64,000 nt of DNA from Candidatus Nezhaarchaeales archaeon (GCA_038887515.1 JAWAKK010000001.1:640001-704000), one strand, 5' to 3'; numbered from the stretch's first letter, positions 50,539 to 61,168 are shown. The notes: generated from the letters alone by a model not told the origin. A program made the numbers and translations.

Positions 50539-50596
50539 GGCGTCGGCCAAACCCTTAAGGAGTATGAAAATATATTTTTTCTAGATACAATATTTT

Positions 50597-50654
50597 ACGA
50601 CGATGAATTCTTCTGGCCTTTCTGATAGATGATGAAAACTTACCCGTACGAGTC
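50597..50654 (+). ncRNA. Probable box C/D methylation-guide sRNA
   Basis: ACGATGA (C, 50600), 15-nt guide, CTGA (D', 50622), ATGATGA (C', 50629), guide AAACTTACCCGT, ACGA (degenerate D, 50648). It is intergenic with an AT-rich promoter-like tract upstream. Confidence 0.65.
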
Positions 50655-50771
50655 ACTCGCACAATCCTTTACGTCTTAGTCCTACCGCCTCTATACCAAT
50701 GGAGAAGCAGGATTTCAATGTTGCAGAACTGTTAAGCTCAGCTCAAGGTTTAATTTAAAATTAAGCTTAAA

Positions 50772-51734
50772 GTGGTAACCATGCAATCTATTGACGTCGT
50801 AGGCTTTGGATCTCTCTGCATCGACTTCGTATTTAAGGTTGACAGATGCCCTAGAAAAGGTTTAACAAATCTTTCAACTGCGAGTCTTGTAGGTTTCGGG
50901 GGTATAATAGGAAACTTCTTAGTTTGTTGTTCTAAACTTGGCTTAAGATGCGGTGTCATAGGCGTTATTGGTGGAGACCGGTACGGTAAGACCGTTATCA
51001 GATGCCTTACGAAGGCCGGAATCGACACGTCCATGCTTCTCGTAGATCCTAAAGGTTCAACAGCGAAGGTCGTTTGCATAGTTGACCGTAAGGGTGAAAG
51101 AACGTTTATAGTTGACCCCGGCGTCCAGGCTCAAGTTAAGTTGCCCGATGTGGCATTTAAATACGTAACGAAGTGTAAAGCCTTTCACACAGACTGCCTA
51201 GACCTAAAGCAGGCCTGCATCTTGCTGAGAAAAGCCAAGCAAAACAACGTTACGACGAGCGTAGATGTCGGAGCTTTAGCTGAACACATACTTCAGAGAA
51301 TTGAAAAAGCGTGGGTTTACGAAGTCCTTAATTTATGTGATGTAGCCTTCATTTCTAAAGACCATGCATTGAGGATGTTTCCAGGACTAAGCGATGTAGA
51401 AGTCGTAGGTAAAATGCTCGAGTGCGGAGTTAAGGTTGCAGTAATGACGCTGGGTAGGAAGGGCTGCATCATAGCTAGCGACGACAAAATTGTCAAAGTA
51501 AAGGCCTTCAAAGTAGATGTTGTTGATACAACTGGAGCCGGAGATGCTTTTGAAGCGGGCTTTATCTATTCCATGCTAAAGGGGTTAGAAGTCGAAGAAG
51601 CTGCGATATTTGGAAGCGCTGTAGCTGCAATAAAGTGTACTAGGCTTGGTGCTCAAGCTGGCTTGCCGACGTTAGACCAAGTTAAGACCTTCCTTAACGA
51701 TCGGGGTTATCGTTCCATAACCTCTAAACTCTAG
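50772..51734 (+). CDS. PfkB-family carbohydrate kinase
   Basis: GVIGGDRYG, TLGRKG and VVDTTGAGDAF motifs. Confidence 0.9.
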   Translation: MVTMQSIDVVGFGSLCIDFVFKVDRCPRKGLTNLSTASLVGFGGIIGNFLVCCSKLGLRCGVIGVIGGDRYGKTVIRCLTKAGIDTSMLLVDPKGSTAKVVCIVDRKGERTFIVDPGVQAQVKLPDVAFKYVTKCKAFHTDCLDLKQACILLRKAKQNNVTTSVDVGALAEHILQRIEKAWVYEVLNLCDVAFISKDHALRMFPGLSDVEVVGKMLECGVKVAVMTLGRKGCIIASDDKIVKVKAFKVDVVDTTGAGDAFEAGFIYSMLKGLEVEEAAIFGSAVAAIKCTRLGAQAGLPTLDQVKTFLNDRGYRSITSKL

Positions 51735-51737
51735 ACT

Positions 51738-52298
51738 CTACATGTAAGACCCTAAGAGGTCCGCGAGCTTTCTCTCAAATATCTTATACGTATCGTTATC
51801 GTAGAGGCACACTATGACTTCTTCTAGATTTGTGTTACCTCTAAGGTACTCTATTATCGTTTTAAGCATTATTTCAGCACATCTATCCTTTGGAAAGCCG
51901 AAAGTACCTGCCGAAATTGCTGGAAAGGCTATCGACTTAATGTCCCTCTCATCAGCCCTCCTCAAGCTATTGAGGGTTGCGTTCTTCAATTTATCGTCCT
52001 CGCCTCCTTCACCATATCTAGGTCCTACCGCGTGTATGACGTACTTCGCCTCAAGTTTACCAGCCTTAGTAACCACTGCTTCTCCAACGGGACAGTAGCC
52101 TATCTTATCGCATTCTTCTTGGATTTCACGGCCTCCTTTCCTTAAAATGGCGCCTGCTACTCCTCCTCCAAGCTTTAACCTCTCGTTCGCAGCGTTTACT
52201 ATTGCATCTACCTTCAGCTCAGTTATATCTCCTCTAGCTAATTTTAGCTTCCTACCATTAATTTTGACCTCACGTAAAATCTCGACCATCACCAACAC
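51738..52298 (-). CDS. Macro domain protein (ADP-ribose binding/hydrolase)
   Basis: GDIT, DAIVNAAN, GGGVAGAI, VIHAVGP and PAISAGTFGFP motifs. Confidence 0.92.
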   Translation of the reverse strand: MLVMVEILREVKINGRKLKLARGDITELKVDAIVNAANERLKLGGGVAGAILRKGGREIQEECDKIGYCPVGEAVVTKAGKLEAKYVIHAVGPRYGEGGEDDKLKNATLNSLRRADERDIKSIAFPAISAGTFGFPKDRCAEIMLKTIIEYLRGNTNLEEVIVCLYDNDTYKIFERKLADLLGSYM

Positions 52299-52368
52299 CG
52301 AAGACTATTTGCGTGTAAAAGGAGTAATGTAAAAAGGAGGTTTAAAAATGCGTGGAAGTAATGCTTCT

Positions 52369-53871
52369 CTACCACCATCTCTGCATGATCACTTTTCTGT
52401 CCGTAAAGAAGTCCAGCGCATCCATTTGTCCATGCAATACGCCGTAGAAGCTCTTCTTGCGTCCAGGGAACGGGAAGAACTGTTGCGGCTGGGCTACGGC
52501 CATATTTATGGCAATGTTTCCGGCTTGTATTCTCCTTGCAAATTCTCTAGCCCACTTTCCGCTTGACGTATATATTGTCCCAGTATTGCCATAAATTCCG
52601 CTATTAGCTATCTCGACTGCCTCTTCAAAGCTTGACGCCCTAATTACAGGCATGACTGGTCCGAATATCTCTTCCCTAGCTATCTCCATGTCTGGTGCTA
52701 CATCCACGAGTATTGTGGGACCTAAGTAAAAGCCGTTAGAGTATGGCTCCTCAACCTTGTACTTGCGGCCGTCTATTAGAGGCTTAGCGCCTTCGTTTAT
52801 AGCTCGCTCTATCATTCCACTTATCCTTTCCTTAGCTTTCGCAGAAACTATAGCACCCATGTCGGTTGTCTCAAGAAGTTGATAGCCCACTTTTATCCTC
52901 TTAGTCCTTTCCACTATCATTCCCATGAATTTATCGTAGGCATCTCCAACCGTTATAAGGAGACCTGGCGCTAGACATCTCTGGCCACACATATCAAAGA
53001 AGCCTCCAACTATGTTTTCAACGGAAGGTTCTGGGACAGCGTCGGGCATCAGTAGTACAGGGTTTTTAGCACCGCACTGACAAAGCGCTCTCTTGCCATG
53101 GGAGCATGCTAGCGTGTACACCTTCTCGCCTACCGGGGTAGAGCCTACAAATGCTACACCTGCGACTTCAGGATGTGTGATTAAGGCTTGGCTTGCTGAC
53201 GCATCACCGTGAATTAAGTTAACAACGCCAGGCGGATATCCTGCTTCTCGAAATAGCTTTACGAAGTACGTTGTTGGCGTTGGATCCAGTTCGCTTGGCT
53301 TTATGACAACGGTATTGCCTAACGTTATCGCAAGCGGGACAAACCACATCGGTATCATTATCGGAAAATTAAATGGTGTTACTACAGCAAAAACTCCTAT
53401 AGGTTCTCTAACCACTTCCATGTCTATCTCGGGCTCGGTTCTAGCCACATTCATTATTTTACGAACAAACGCCATGAGGTGGGGCGTGCCTAGCGCAGCA
53501 TCAACTGCTTCCAGCGCTCTACGAACTTCCGCTATACCCTCTTTAACGGTCTTCCCCACATTTTGCGCTAAGAGCTTGGCGAGCTCGTTCACCCTTTGCT
53601 CCATCAAAATCTTAAGTTTAACTAAGAACTGCAACCTATCGAATACCGGCAATTTAGACCACTTTTCGAACGCGTCTGCAGCTGCTCTCACGACCTTGTC
53701 TACGTCTCTCTTAGATGAGGCCGGTACTTCAGATATCACTTTACCCAGCCCTGGGTCGTAGGATGTCATGTACGCGTCTGTGTCTGCCTCCACGTACTCA
53801 TTGTTTACAAAGTTTGGCAACTTCCCATAGTAACTTGAAAAGCCCTTTATCTCTTCAACCATTAAAGACAC
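52369..53871 (-). CDS. CoA-acylating aldehyde dehydrogenase (methylmalonate-semialdehyde dehydrogenase-like)
   Basis: TPFNFPIMIPMWF, FVGSTPVG, GAKN, GQRC, EEIFGPV and SFYGVLHGQ motifs; no general-base Glu, as in MMSDH. Confidence 0.8.
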   Translation of the reverse strand: MSLMVEEIKGFSSYYGKLPNFVNNEYVEADTDAYMTSYDPGLGKVISEVPASSKRDVDKVVRAAADAFEKWSKLPVFDRLQFLVKLKILMEQRVNELAKLLAQNVGKTVKEGIAEVRRALEAVDAALGTPHLMAFVRKIMNVARTEPEIDMEVVREPIGVFAVVTPFNFPIMIPMWFVPLAITLGNTVVIKPSELDPTPTTYFVKLFREAGYPPGVVNLIHGDASASQALITHPEVAGVAFVGSTPVGEKVYTLACSHGKRALCQCGAKNPVLLMPDAVPEPSVENIVGGFFDMCGQRCLAPGLLITVGDAYDKFMGMIVERTKRIKVGYQLLETTDMGAIVSAKAKERISGMIERAINEGAKPLIDGRKYKVEEPYSNGFYLGPTILVDVAPDMEIAREEIFGPVMPVIRASSFEEAVEIANSGIYGNTGTIYTSSGKWAREFARRIQAGNIAINMAVAQPQQFFPFPGRKKSFYGVLHGQMDALDFFTDRKVIMQRWW

Positions 53872-53970
53872 CTCTACACGCTTTTATCTCCCTGCTATAG
53901 CCAATTTAGCTTTTACTGCAGTTATCGTCACATAAGAGGCCGAGCTAGAACATTGCAACCTCTATATGCA

Positions 53971-54501
53971 TCAATACTCTATCCCCTTCCTAGCTTCGAC
54001 TCCGAGCCTATGGGGATGCTTTATTTCTCTCATCTCCGTAACTAAGTCGGCTATCTCTATAAGCTCTTTAGGTGCACTACGTCCCGTCAGCACGACCACC
54101 GTTTCCTCTGGGACTTGCTTTAATAGCCTTAAGACCTCCTCTACCTTTACAAGACCTATAGCTGCCGCTAAGTTTACTTCATCTAGAACGAGAACCCTAG
54201 GCTTCTTTTTAAGGACCTCCTCAGCGAACTCCAAAGCTCTCTTGGCAAGTTCAAAATCGATCGGTTGAGGGTTATTTAAATCCACGAACTCCTCTCTACC
54301 AAACTGATAAATTTCGTATTCAGGTTGCAATCTATCCTTTACCTTGTATTCTCCCACGTCCTTTCTACCCTTCATAAATTGAATTATGACCACCTTGTAT
54401 CCATGACCTACAGCCCTTAAGGCTAAGCCAAAAGCTATCAGCGTCTTGCCCTCACCGTTGCCAGTATACAAGTGAATGAAGCCTCTATTCACCGATTGCA
54501 C
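53971..54501 (-). CDS. cobO: Cob(I)alamin adenosyltransferase (CobO/BtuR type)
   Basis: YTGNGEGKT, ALRAVGHG, QFMKG, LDE, TGR and KHP...GIEY motifs. Confidence 0.9.
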   Translation of the reverse strand: MQSVNRGFIHLYTGNGEGKTLIAFGLALRAVGHGYKVVIIQFMKGRKDVGEYKVKDRLQPEYEIYQFGREEFVDLNNPQPIDFELAKRALEFAEEVLKKKPRVLVLDEVNLAAAIGLVKVEEVLRLLKQVPEETVVVLTGRSAPKELIEIADLVTEMREIKHPHRLGVEARKGIEY

Positions 54502-54508
54502 CTCAATT

Positions 54509-56605
54509 TCATAGCAGGCATGTTCCTTTAGGGCACTGTTCTAGGTATTCCATGCTTAATGCTATCGACGCATCCTCCCCCGGCTCTAGACCGACATAAA
54601 GCACTTGCTCGGGTTTACTTCCATACCTATATACTGTAATACCTTTACACCTTAGCTTGTAGGCTAACATAAAGACCTTCCGAACGACGTCTAGGCTTGC
54701 TTCATGTCTAAGGTTTACGGTCTTGGCTACGGCGTTATCGACGTGCCTCTGAAACGTCGCCTGCATCTTGACGTGCCATTCTGGATCTATGTCTAAGGCC
54801 GTAGCTACGAGCCTCTTAACGTCCTCAGGTACCCCAGCTATTTCTCTCAGCGACCCTGTCTTGGCTACCTTAATTATAAGGTCTCGACTATAAATACCTC
54901 TTTCTCTTATAACCCTCTCGAATATCGGATTTATCTCTATGAAGTTTACCCCTCCAAACGCTCTCCTTACGTAAATTGGGGCGAATAGAGGTTCTATACC
55001 GCTAGAGGTACCGGCTATTATGCTTATAGTGCCTGTAGGAGCTATAGACGTAATTGTAGCGTTCCTAAGAGCGTCATAGCCTTCAGCCCTCCATCGACTT
55101 TCATCAAAAGTAGGGAAAACCCCTCTTTCTAGGGCTAGCTCTCTTGATGCTTTCTTTCCTTCAGATGATATGAAGTCCATGACCTTATCCGCTACGTTGA
55201 GGGCTTTATCAGAATCGTAGGGTATTCCTAGCTTGAGTAACATATCGGCAAAACCCATGACTCCTAGACCTATCTTCCTGTTCAACTTGGTCATATGCTC
55301 TATTTGAGGTAGCGGGTACCTATTGACGTCTATGACGTTATCTAAGAAGTGGACCCCTATCCAGACGAGCTCGCGAAGCTTGTCCCAATCTATATCATTA
55401 TTCTTAATTACCTTAGAAAGGTTAATTGACCCTAAGTTGCATGCTTCGAAGGGTAGTAGCGGGACCTCGCCGCAGGGATTTGTTGCTTCTATTTCACCTA
55501 GTTTTGGAGTAGGATTTTTCCTGTTAATTTCATCTATGAAGATTAGCCCTGGATCTCCAACCCTCCACGACATGTCGACTATAAGCTCGAAGAGGTCTTT
55601 AGCGCTAATAGTTTTGACTGGTTCCTTGGTTCTCGGATTTACGAGCTCTATTGAGCCTCCCGTTTCTGCCATTTGCATGAATTTGTCGGTCACCGCGACA
55701 GATATGTTAAAGTTTCTAAAGCTAACTCCATCACTCTTCGCAGTTACGAACTCTCTTATGTCAGGGTGATCTACCCTCAAAACCCCCATGTTCGCTCCCC
55801 TCCTTTTGCCTCCTTGCTTTATGACGTCAGTCGCAACGTCAAAGATTTTCATGAATGAGACCGGGCCGGATGCGACACCCATAGTTGATTTGACTACGTC
55901 CCCCCTAGGCCTTAGCTTAGAGAATGAGAAGCCTGTTCCGCCGCCCGACTTATGGATTATAGCCATGTATTTGAGGGCATCAAATATGCCTTCAATAGAA
56001 TCATCTATTGGTAGCACGAAGCATGCCGCGAGCTGACCTATCTGCGTTCCAGCATTCATTAATGTAGGGCTGTTGGGCAAGAACTCAAGGTTCCTCATGG
56101 CATTAAAGAACTTCTTCTCCGCCACGTCAGGATTTAAATTGTAGAAGGAGTCCGCCCTAGCTACTGCCTTTGCTACTCTCATGAACATTTGGCTTGGAGT
56201 CTCGACGATCCTACCTCCTTCGTCTCTTAACAAGTACCTCCTCGCAAGAACTCTAACTGCGTTTATAGTTAGCTTAAGGTCATCCTCTACGCCCAAGAGC
56301 CTCTTGACTTCCCTTATGCTTGTCCTCCACCTCCTGTAAAGGATGTATGCTTTAGCCGTATTTACCAGCCCATGTTTTATTAGAGTGTCCTCTACTATGT
56401 CCTGTATTTCTTCAACTGATGGCGTTTGTCCAACAAATTTCTGATTTAAAGTTGCCACGACCTCGTCGCTAAGTCTCTTAGCCAGCTCATAACCTCCTTC
56501 ACCTGTAGTACTTAAGGCCTTGTATATCGCATTTGTTATCTTTTGAGGATCGAATTTTTCGAGTCTCCCATCCCTCTTCCTTACGTTCTCGATGGTAAGG
56601 ACCAT
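54509..56605 (-). CDS. nrdJ: Class II (AdoCbl-dependent) ribonucleotide reductase with ATP-cone
   Basis: N-terminal ATP-cone, PNSPTLMNAG, ACF, TNPCGE, CNLGS, APTGTIS and KGITVYR motifs; C-terminal Cys pair; no intein. Confidence 0.95.
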   Translation of the reverse strand: MVLTIENVRKRDGRLEKFDPQKITNAIYKALSTTGEGGYELAKRLSDEVVATLNQKFVGQTPSVEEIQDIVEDTLIKHGLVNTAKAYILYRRWRTSIREVKRLLGVEDDLKLTINAVRVLARRYLLRDEGGRIVETPSQMFMRVAKAVARADSFYNLNPDVAEKKFFNAMRNLEFLPNSPTLMNAGTQIGQLAACFVLPIDDSIEGIFDALKYMAIIHKSGGGTGFSFSKLRPRGDVVKSTMGVASGPVSFMKIFDVATDVIKQGGKRRGANMGVLRVDHPDIREFVTAKSDGVSFRNFNISVAVTDKFMQMAETGGSIELVNPRTKEPVKTISAKDLFELIVDMSWRVGDPGLIFIDEINRKNPTPKLGEIEATNPCGEVPLLPFEACNLGSINLSKVIKNNDIDWDKLRELVWIGVHFLDNVIDVNRYPLPQIEHMTKLNRKIGLGVMGFADMLLKLGIPYDSDKALNVADKVMDFISSEGKKASRELALERGVFPTFDESRWRAEGYDALRNATITSIAPTGTISIIAGTSSGIEPLFAPIYVRRAFGGVNFIEINPIFERVIRERGIYSRDLIIKVAKTGSLREIAGVPEDVKRLVATALDIDPEWHVKMQATFQRHVDNAVAKTVNLRHEASLDVVRKVFMLAYKLRCKGITVYRYGSKPEQVLYVGLEPGEDASIALSMEYLEQCPKGTCLL

Positions 56606-56846
56606 GGCTTATGCTCCACTAAACTTCTAGTTTTAATTTTAGACTTTGAAGCTGTTAGGCTTATCGGTCTCCACAAGTCTTCAGCTCGTTTCAATAAGGT
56701 TCAAAAGTGTTCAACGATTCAAGCACTTTCTTGAAGATGTCTTAATATAGGTAGCTAAAGGGTTCTCAACCATTAAGCTATCAAAGGGCTACTAAGCCCT
56801 ACTTTGCCAGTTCTAGCTTGCTGAAAAATGTTGATTTAACTCGCTT

Positions 56847-57650
56847 TTAAGAGAACTGTATCCCCGCATTTATGAAGGATTGCCTTATCGCTTTCAATAT
56901 CTGGGACCTTACTTGAGGGATCCTACGCGGATTTAGGACCTTAACTGCCACCTGCATAGTTAGCACGTCGTTACTCATATCTATTAAGTAGACTTCAGGC
57001 TCAGGCGTTGTAGCCACTTCTTTGCATTGCTTAATAGCGTCTTTGATGAGTTCTTCTGCCATATCTACGTTGACGTCACCTTTAACCCTGATGAGGATGG
57101 ATAGCTTCGATAGAACGTCAAGGGGCCTCATAGTGAAGGATTTTTTCATGAGCTCCGCGTTGGGTATATAACATACGCCATCCTCTCTAACCACTTCAGT
57201 GTAAACCGCGGTTATGTCCCTGACGTAACCTGGCTCGCCATCTATTACTACGATGTCGCCTCTCTTAAAGGGCTTATACATCATTAATGCGTAACCTGAG
57301 AGGGCATTGATTAGAACATCTTTAGATCCCAGTATCAACATTAAAATTATTGCGCCTAATATTAGGCCAAGTGCGAGGTATATTGCGCTTGAATATCCTC
57401 CAACAAACGGTACGGCTATTAGCCCTGATATTAGCATAATTATCGCTAATGCAATGTATTTCCAGAAAGAGGCTATGCCCGTCTCGACCCCAGAAACCTT
57501 GACTACCTTATCTATAACCTTCGCTATAATGAGCCTGTACAGCATGTAGGCCACCACGAATATCGCTATCACTATTAGTAAGTTTATGACGTGGCTCGGT
57601 ATGGTCTCAAGCGTCCCTACAGCCTCACCCTGTAAAAATTCTTTTAACAT
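56847..57650 (-). CDS. MscS mechanosensitive channel
   Basis: Three TM helices followed by NALSG...KPFKRGD...IPN. Confidence 0.85.
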   Translation of the reverse strand: MLKEFLQGEAVGTLETIPSHVINLLIVIAIFVVAYMLYRLIIAKVIDKVVKVSGVETGIASFWKYIALAIIMLISGLIAVPFVGGYSSAIYLALGLILGAIILMLILGSKDVLINALSGYALMMYKPFKRGDIVVIDGEPGYVRDITAVYTEVVREDGVCYIPNAELMKKSFTMRPLDVLSKLSILIRVKGDVNVDMAEELIKDAIKQCKEVATTPEPEVYLIDMSNDVLTMQVAVKVLNPRRIPQVRSQILKAIRQSFINAGIQFS

Positions 57651-58305
57651 CGTCTACCACCTCTGTCCTTGCAAGTACTAAAACCCTATCCCCTTCCTTA
57701 AGTTCAAGGTCTTGGCCTGGCATCTCTAAAGCGCCATCTCTTATTAGAGCAACTATAAGCCAGTCTCCGCTACTAGGTACTTCACTTATTTTTCTATTAA
57801 CTATCAAAGAGCCCGACGTGACCGTGAGCTCTAGTAACGAGAATGAGCCAGTTGGCGTCGTAACCTTCACGAACTCTGCTAAGAGAGGTTCTTTAACGAT
57901 TAGAGAAGCTATGTGTTCTGCCGTTAGCTCTTCGGGCGCTACGGCTTTTGTTATCCCAAGCCTTTCAGCAATTCTCGCCAACCTCTTATCACTAACCCTT
58001 ATAATTACGTTAGGGATCCCATACTCCTTAGCTATAAGTCCCGTCAATACATTGACTTCGTCTCGATCCGTAACTGCTGCCAAACCATCAGCTCCCTCTA
58101 AGCCTGCACTTTCAAGGACGTCTACGTTAGTTGCCTCCCCTTTAATAACCGTGGCATCAAGTTCCTCGGAAAGTTTCCTACATATATCTTCATTCGCTTC
58201 AACTATAATGACCTCATGGCCGTTTTCTATGAGTTTTCTTGATAATAGACTACCTACCCTACCTCCACCTACAACTATAACTCGCAAAGGAAATAAGCCC
58301 TCCAC
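57625..58305 (-). CDS. trkA: TrkA potassium uptake NAD-binding protein
   Basis: VGGGRVG, GEAT, AVTDRDEVN motifs and a TrkA-C domain. Confidence 0.9.
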   Translation of the reverse strand: MEGLFPLRVIVVGGGRVGSLLSRKLIENGHEVIIVEANEDICRKLSEELDATVIKGEATNVDVLESAGLEGADGLAAVTDRDEVNVLTGLIAKEYGIPNVIIRVSDKRLARIAERLGITKAVAPEELTAEHIASLIVKEPLLAEFVKVTTPTGSFSLLELTVTSGSLIVNRKISEVPSSGDWLIVALIRDGALEMPGQDLELKEGDRVLVLARTEVVDDVKRIFTG

Positions 58306-58353
58306 GAACTAACTGACAGGAAAGTTGTTTTTGTGGTACATATAAACATTTAA

Positions 58354-59880
58354 ATGGACATTAAAGGTGGCCGATCAGAATTGCTGAACCCAAGGAACTT
58401 ATTAAGAGGCTTATCCGCCATAACCATGGCCATAGGCGTGGTACTGGCTCTTCCGACAACAATAGCTGTAATCTACGCGGAGTACGGTGCGGTATTAGGC
58501 TTTGCAGCACCAATGGTAATTTTGACAAGCGTAGGCTTTATAGCTTATAGAATTTTAGGCTTTCCAGTCAAGCTGACACACGTTGAAGCGATAGTTATTT
58601 CAAGTATAGGATGGCTCTTAGCAGCGGCTTATAGCTCTATTCCCTACATCGTAGTCCTGGGCGTAAACTTCGTCGATGCTTACTTCGAGGCTATCTCTAG
58701 TTTAACGACAACCGGGATGACCATCCTACAAACACTTGAAGAGGTCCCCAAGTCAATATTGCTGTGGAGAGCTTTAGGAGAATGGATTGGCGGAGCCGGC
58801 ATAATCCTGCTTACTACTCTTTTAATCCTCAGCCGCGAGGGAATAATAGCGTGGAGGTTGTACGTATCTGAAGCTCGAGACGAGAGACTTGCTCCAACAA
58901 TTAAGGATACCATTAGGAGGATATGGTTAATATACGTATTTTACACGGCTGTGTGCGCTCTTGCCCTTATGTTCCTCGGGTTAAATTCCTTCGACGCGAT
59001 ATGCCACGCACTAGCATGCCTATCAACCGGAGGTTTCTCTACGAAAACTAGTAACGTAGGGGCATTCAATAGTGCAGCTGTCGAAATTGTGCTTGTATTA
59101 TTCATGGTAATGGGGGCCATAAGGTTCTCGCTACATCATAGGCTCTTTACAGGCGGATTAAGAGAATTTGTTAAAGATTTTGAGCTTAGAGCCTTTATTG
59201 CCATACTAGCTATAGCGTCACTAGTGATCTCACTAGACTTAGCCATTAGTTCCGGTTCAAGTTTTATTGAAGCTTTTCGCATAGGCTTTTTCCACGCTAT
59301 CTCTGTAGGAACCACAACTGGCTTTACGACCAAAGACTTAACAGTATTTCCTCCTCTAAGCAAAGTTGTCTTCCTCACGCTCATGATAGTTGGTGGATGC
59401 CTTAATTCTACAGCAGGTGGATTAAAAGTTTGGAGATTTATGGCTCTACTTAGCGTATCAAGGTATGAAGTTGAAAGGCTTTTCTTACCGCCTGGAGCGG
59501 TTAGAAGCTTAAAGGTGGGCGGCAGGATTCTAGGAGAAGACGAGATATTGAGAGTAGCAACAATATTCTTCATATACGTCCTTTTTGCGCTTATAGCTAC
59601 CGCCGCAATGGTATCATTCGAGGGCAATTTCTTAGAAAGCTTATCCGCAGTTTTATCAGCCATGGCTACGGTAGGTCCCTTCTACGGGTCGCCCATTTCC
59701 TTAAGTCTTGAGTCCAAGGTTGTATTGATAATATCAATGTGGGCAGGAAGGCTGGAACTAATTCATGCCTTCCTTCTTTTCACACCTAAACTATGGAGAA
59801 GAGAACATAGACATCTAGCTGAATTAAGTAATTCGCTGTCGCTTAGGGGCAGGTTGTCAAAAATGATATTAGGTTTCTAG
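58354..59880 (+). CDS. trkH: TrkH potassium uptake permease
   Basis: TTTGMT, STGGFS, TTTGF, STAGGLK and GRLE motifs. Confidence 0.92.
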   Translation: MDIKGGRSELLNPRNLLRGLSAITMAIGVVLALPTTIAVIYAEYGAVLGFAAPMVILTSVGFIAYRILGFPVKLTHVEAIVISSIGWLLAAAYSSIPYIVVLGVNFVDAYFEAISSLTTTGMTILQTLEEVPKSILLWRALGEWIGGAGIILLTTLLILSREGIIAWRLYVSEARDERLAPTIKDTIRRIWLIYVFYTAVCALALMFLGLNSFDAICHALACLSTGGFSTKTSNVGAFNSAAVEIVLVLFMVMGAIRFSLHHRLFTGGLREFVKDFELRAFIAILAIASLVISLDLAISSGSSFIEAFRIGFFHAISVGTTTGFTTKDLTVFPPLSKVVFLTLMIVGGCLNSTAGGLKVWRFMALLSVSRYEVERLFLPPGAVRSLKVGGRILGEDEILRVATIFFIYVLFALIATAAMVSFEGNFLESLSAVLSAMATVGPFYGSPISLSLESKVVLIISMWAGRLELIHAFLLFTPKLWRREHRHLAELSNSLSLRGRLSKMILGF

Positions 59881-59902
59881 AAGAGGAGTTTCTCTAGAGA
59901 CT

Positions 59903-60655
59903 ATGCCCATTGAGAGAATAGAGTCAGGAATACCTGGACTTGATGAATTACTTAAGGGGGGGATCCCTAAGAGGAACGTTGTGTTACTATCCGGCGGCCC
60001 TGGAACGGGTAAGTCAATTTTCGGTCAACAATTCTTATATCATGGCCTACTTAAGAGGCAACCAGGCATTCTAGTTGCATTAGAGGAGCACCCGGTTCAG
60101 GTACGGGTCAACATGGCTCAGTTCGGCTGGGAAGTTAAGAGGTATGAATCTGAAGGGCTTTTCGCAGTAGTGGACGCGTTTACTGCTGGCATTGGCGAAG
60201 CGGCTAAGTATGAGAAGTACGTTGTTAGAGCCGTTGACGATACCCAGGCACTAATAGAAGTTCTCAGGAAAGCGATAAAGGACTTAGGAGCCGAGAGAGT
60301 AGTAATAGATTCTGTAACCACCCTCTACATGACTAAACCTGCCGTCGCAAGGAGCGTAGTAATGTTGCTAAAGCGGGTACTATCCGGGCTTGGTTGCACT
60401 TCAATACTTGTTTCTCAAGTCAGCGTCACTGAGCGAGGCTTTGGAGGTCCAGGTGTTGAGCATGCCGCTGACGGTATAATTAGGCTTGACCTCGACGAGG
60501 TCAATGGTAGGCTTTACAGGAGCATCTTAATATATAAGATGAGGGGGACAGCTCATTCCATGAACAGACACCCCTTCGACATAACCGATAAGGGGATCAT
60601 AATATATCCAGATAGAACGTTATCTGTTAGCAGAGGGAGATGGATGGAGGAGTAG
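59903..60655 (+). CDS. KaiC-domain ATPase (PH0284-type)
   Basis: [31 protein letters not shown] and KMRGTAH motifs. Confidence 0.9.
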   Translation: MPIERIESGIPGLDELLKGGIPKRNVVLLSGGPGTGKSIFGQQFLYHGLLKRQPGILVALEEHPVQVRVNMAQFGWEVKRYESEGLFAVVDAFTAGIGEAAKYEKYVVRAVDDTQALIEVLRKAIKDLGAERVVIDSVTTLYMTKPAVARSVVMLLKRVLSGLGCTSILVSQVSVTERGFGGPGVEHAADGIIRLDLDEVNGRLYRSILIYKMRGTAHSMNRHPFDITDKGIIIYPDRTLSVSRGRWMEE

Positions 60656-60658
60656 GAT

Positions 60659-61168
60659 ATGCCTGAGGAAGTCTCATTATCGCCTATAGGTCGGGACGAA
60701 ATACATAAGCTTGAAGTCGCTCTATTAATAGGCACGTTATTAAACCCAGAGTTCATAGAGTTGATGAAGAATCCGGAAGAAAGGCTTACGTGGGTTGACT
60801 CCCTTGCAGTTGCAGCTGCTGCACTTGCACGTGAAAAGGCCCACATGAGCATACCTCAAATAGCTGAAGAACTTGGTAGAAGCGAAGCGACAATTAGGAA
60901 TCACTTATCTAGGAAGACGAAGGCTGGTCAATTAGTTTGGCAAACATATGAAAGATTCGTAAGGGAAGGAGTCAAGTTAGACATAGAAAACTTAGTTGGG
61001 CATAGTTTAACGGAGACTTCTCGGCTAAAAAATGAAAACGAAGAATTGAAAAGGAAACTAGAAGAAGCCCAGAAAAGAGTTATGGAGTTGTCGCAACAGA
61101 TCCAAGAGTTATCGAGAAAGATTAGCCTTGCGAAGTCGGGGCTTCAAAGGCTCCTCGAGGAACTTTAA
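60659..61168 (+). CDS. KaiC-associated HTH regulator with coiled coil
   Basis: ERLTWVDSLAVAAAALAREKA and IAEELGRSEATIRNHL..KTKAG, the conserved KaiC neighbour. Confidence 0.85.
   Translation: MPEEVSLSPIGRDEIHKLEVALLIGTLLNPEFIELMKNPEERLTWVDSLAVAAAALAREKAHMSIPQIAEELGRSEATIRNHLSRKTKAGQLVWQTYERFVREGVKLDIENLVGHSLTETSRLKNENEELKRKLEEAQKRVMELSQQIQELSRKISLAKSGLQRLLEEL

Noticed and set aside
56606-56846. Cobalamin riboswitch upstream of nrdJ-cobO
   Set aside because: No B12-box or conserved core motifs are visible and the region is AT-rich.
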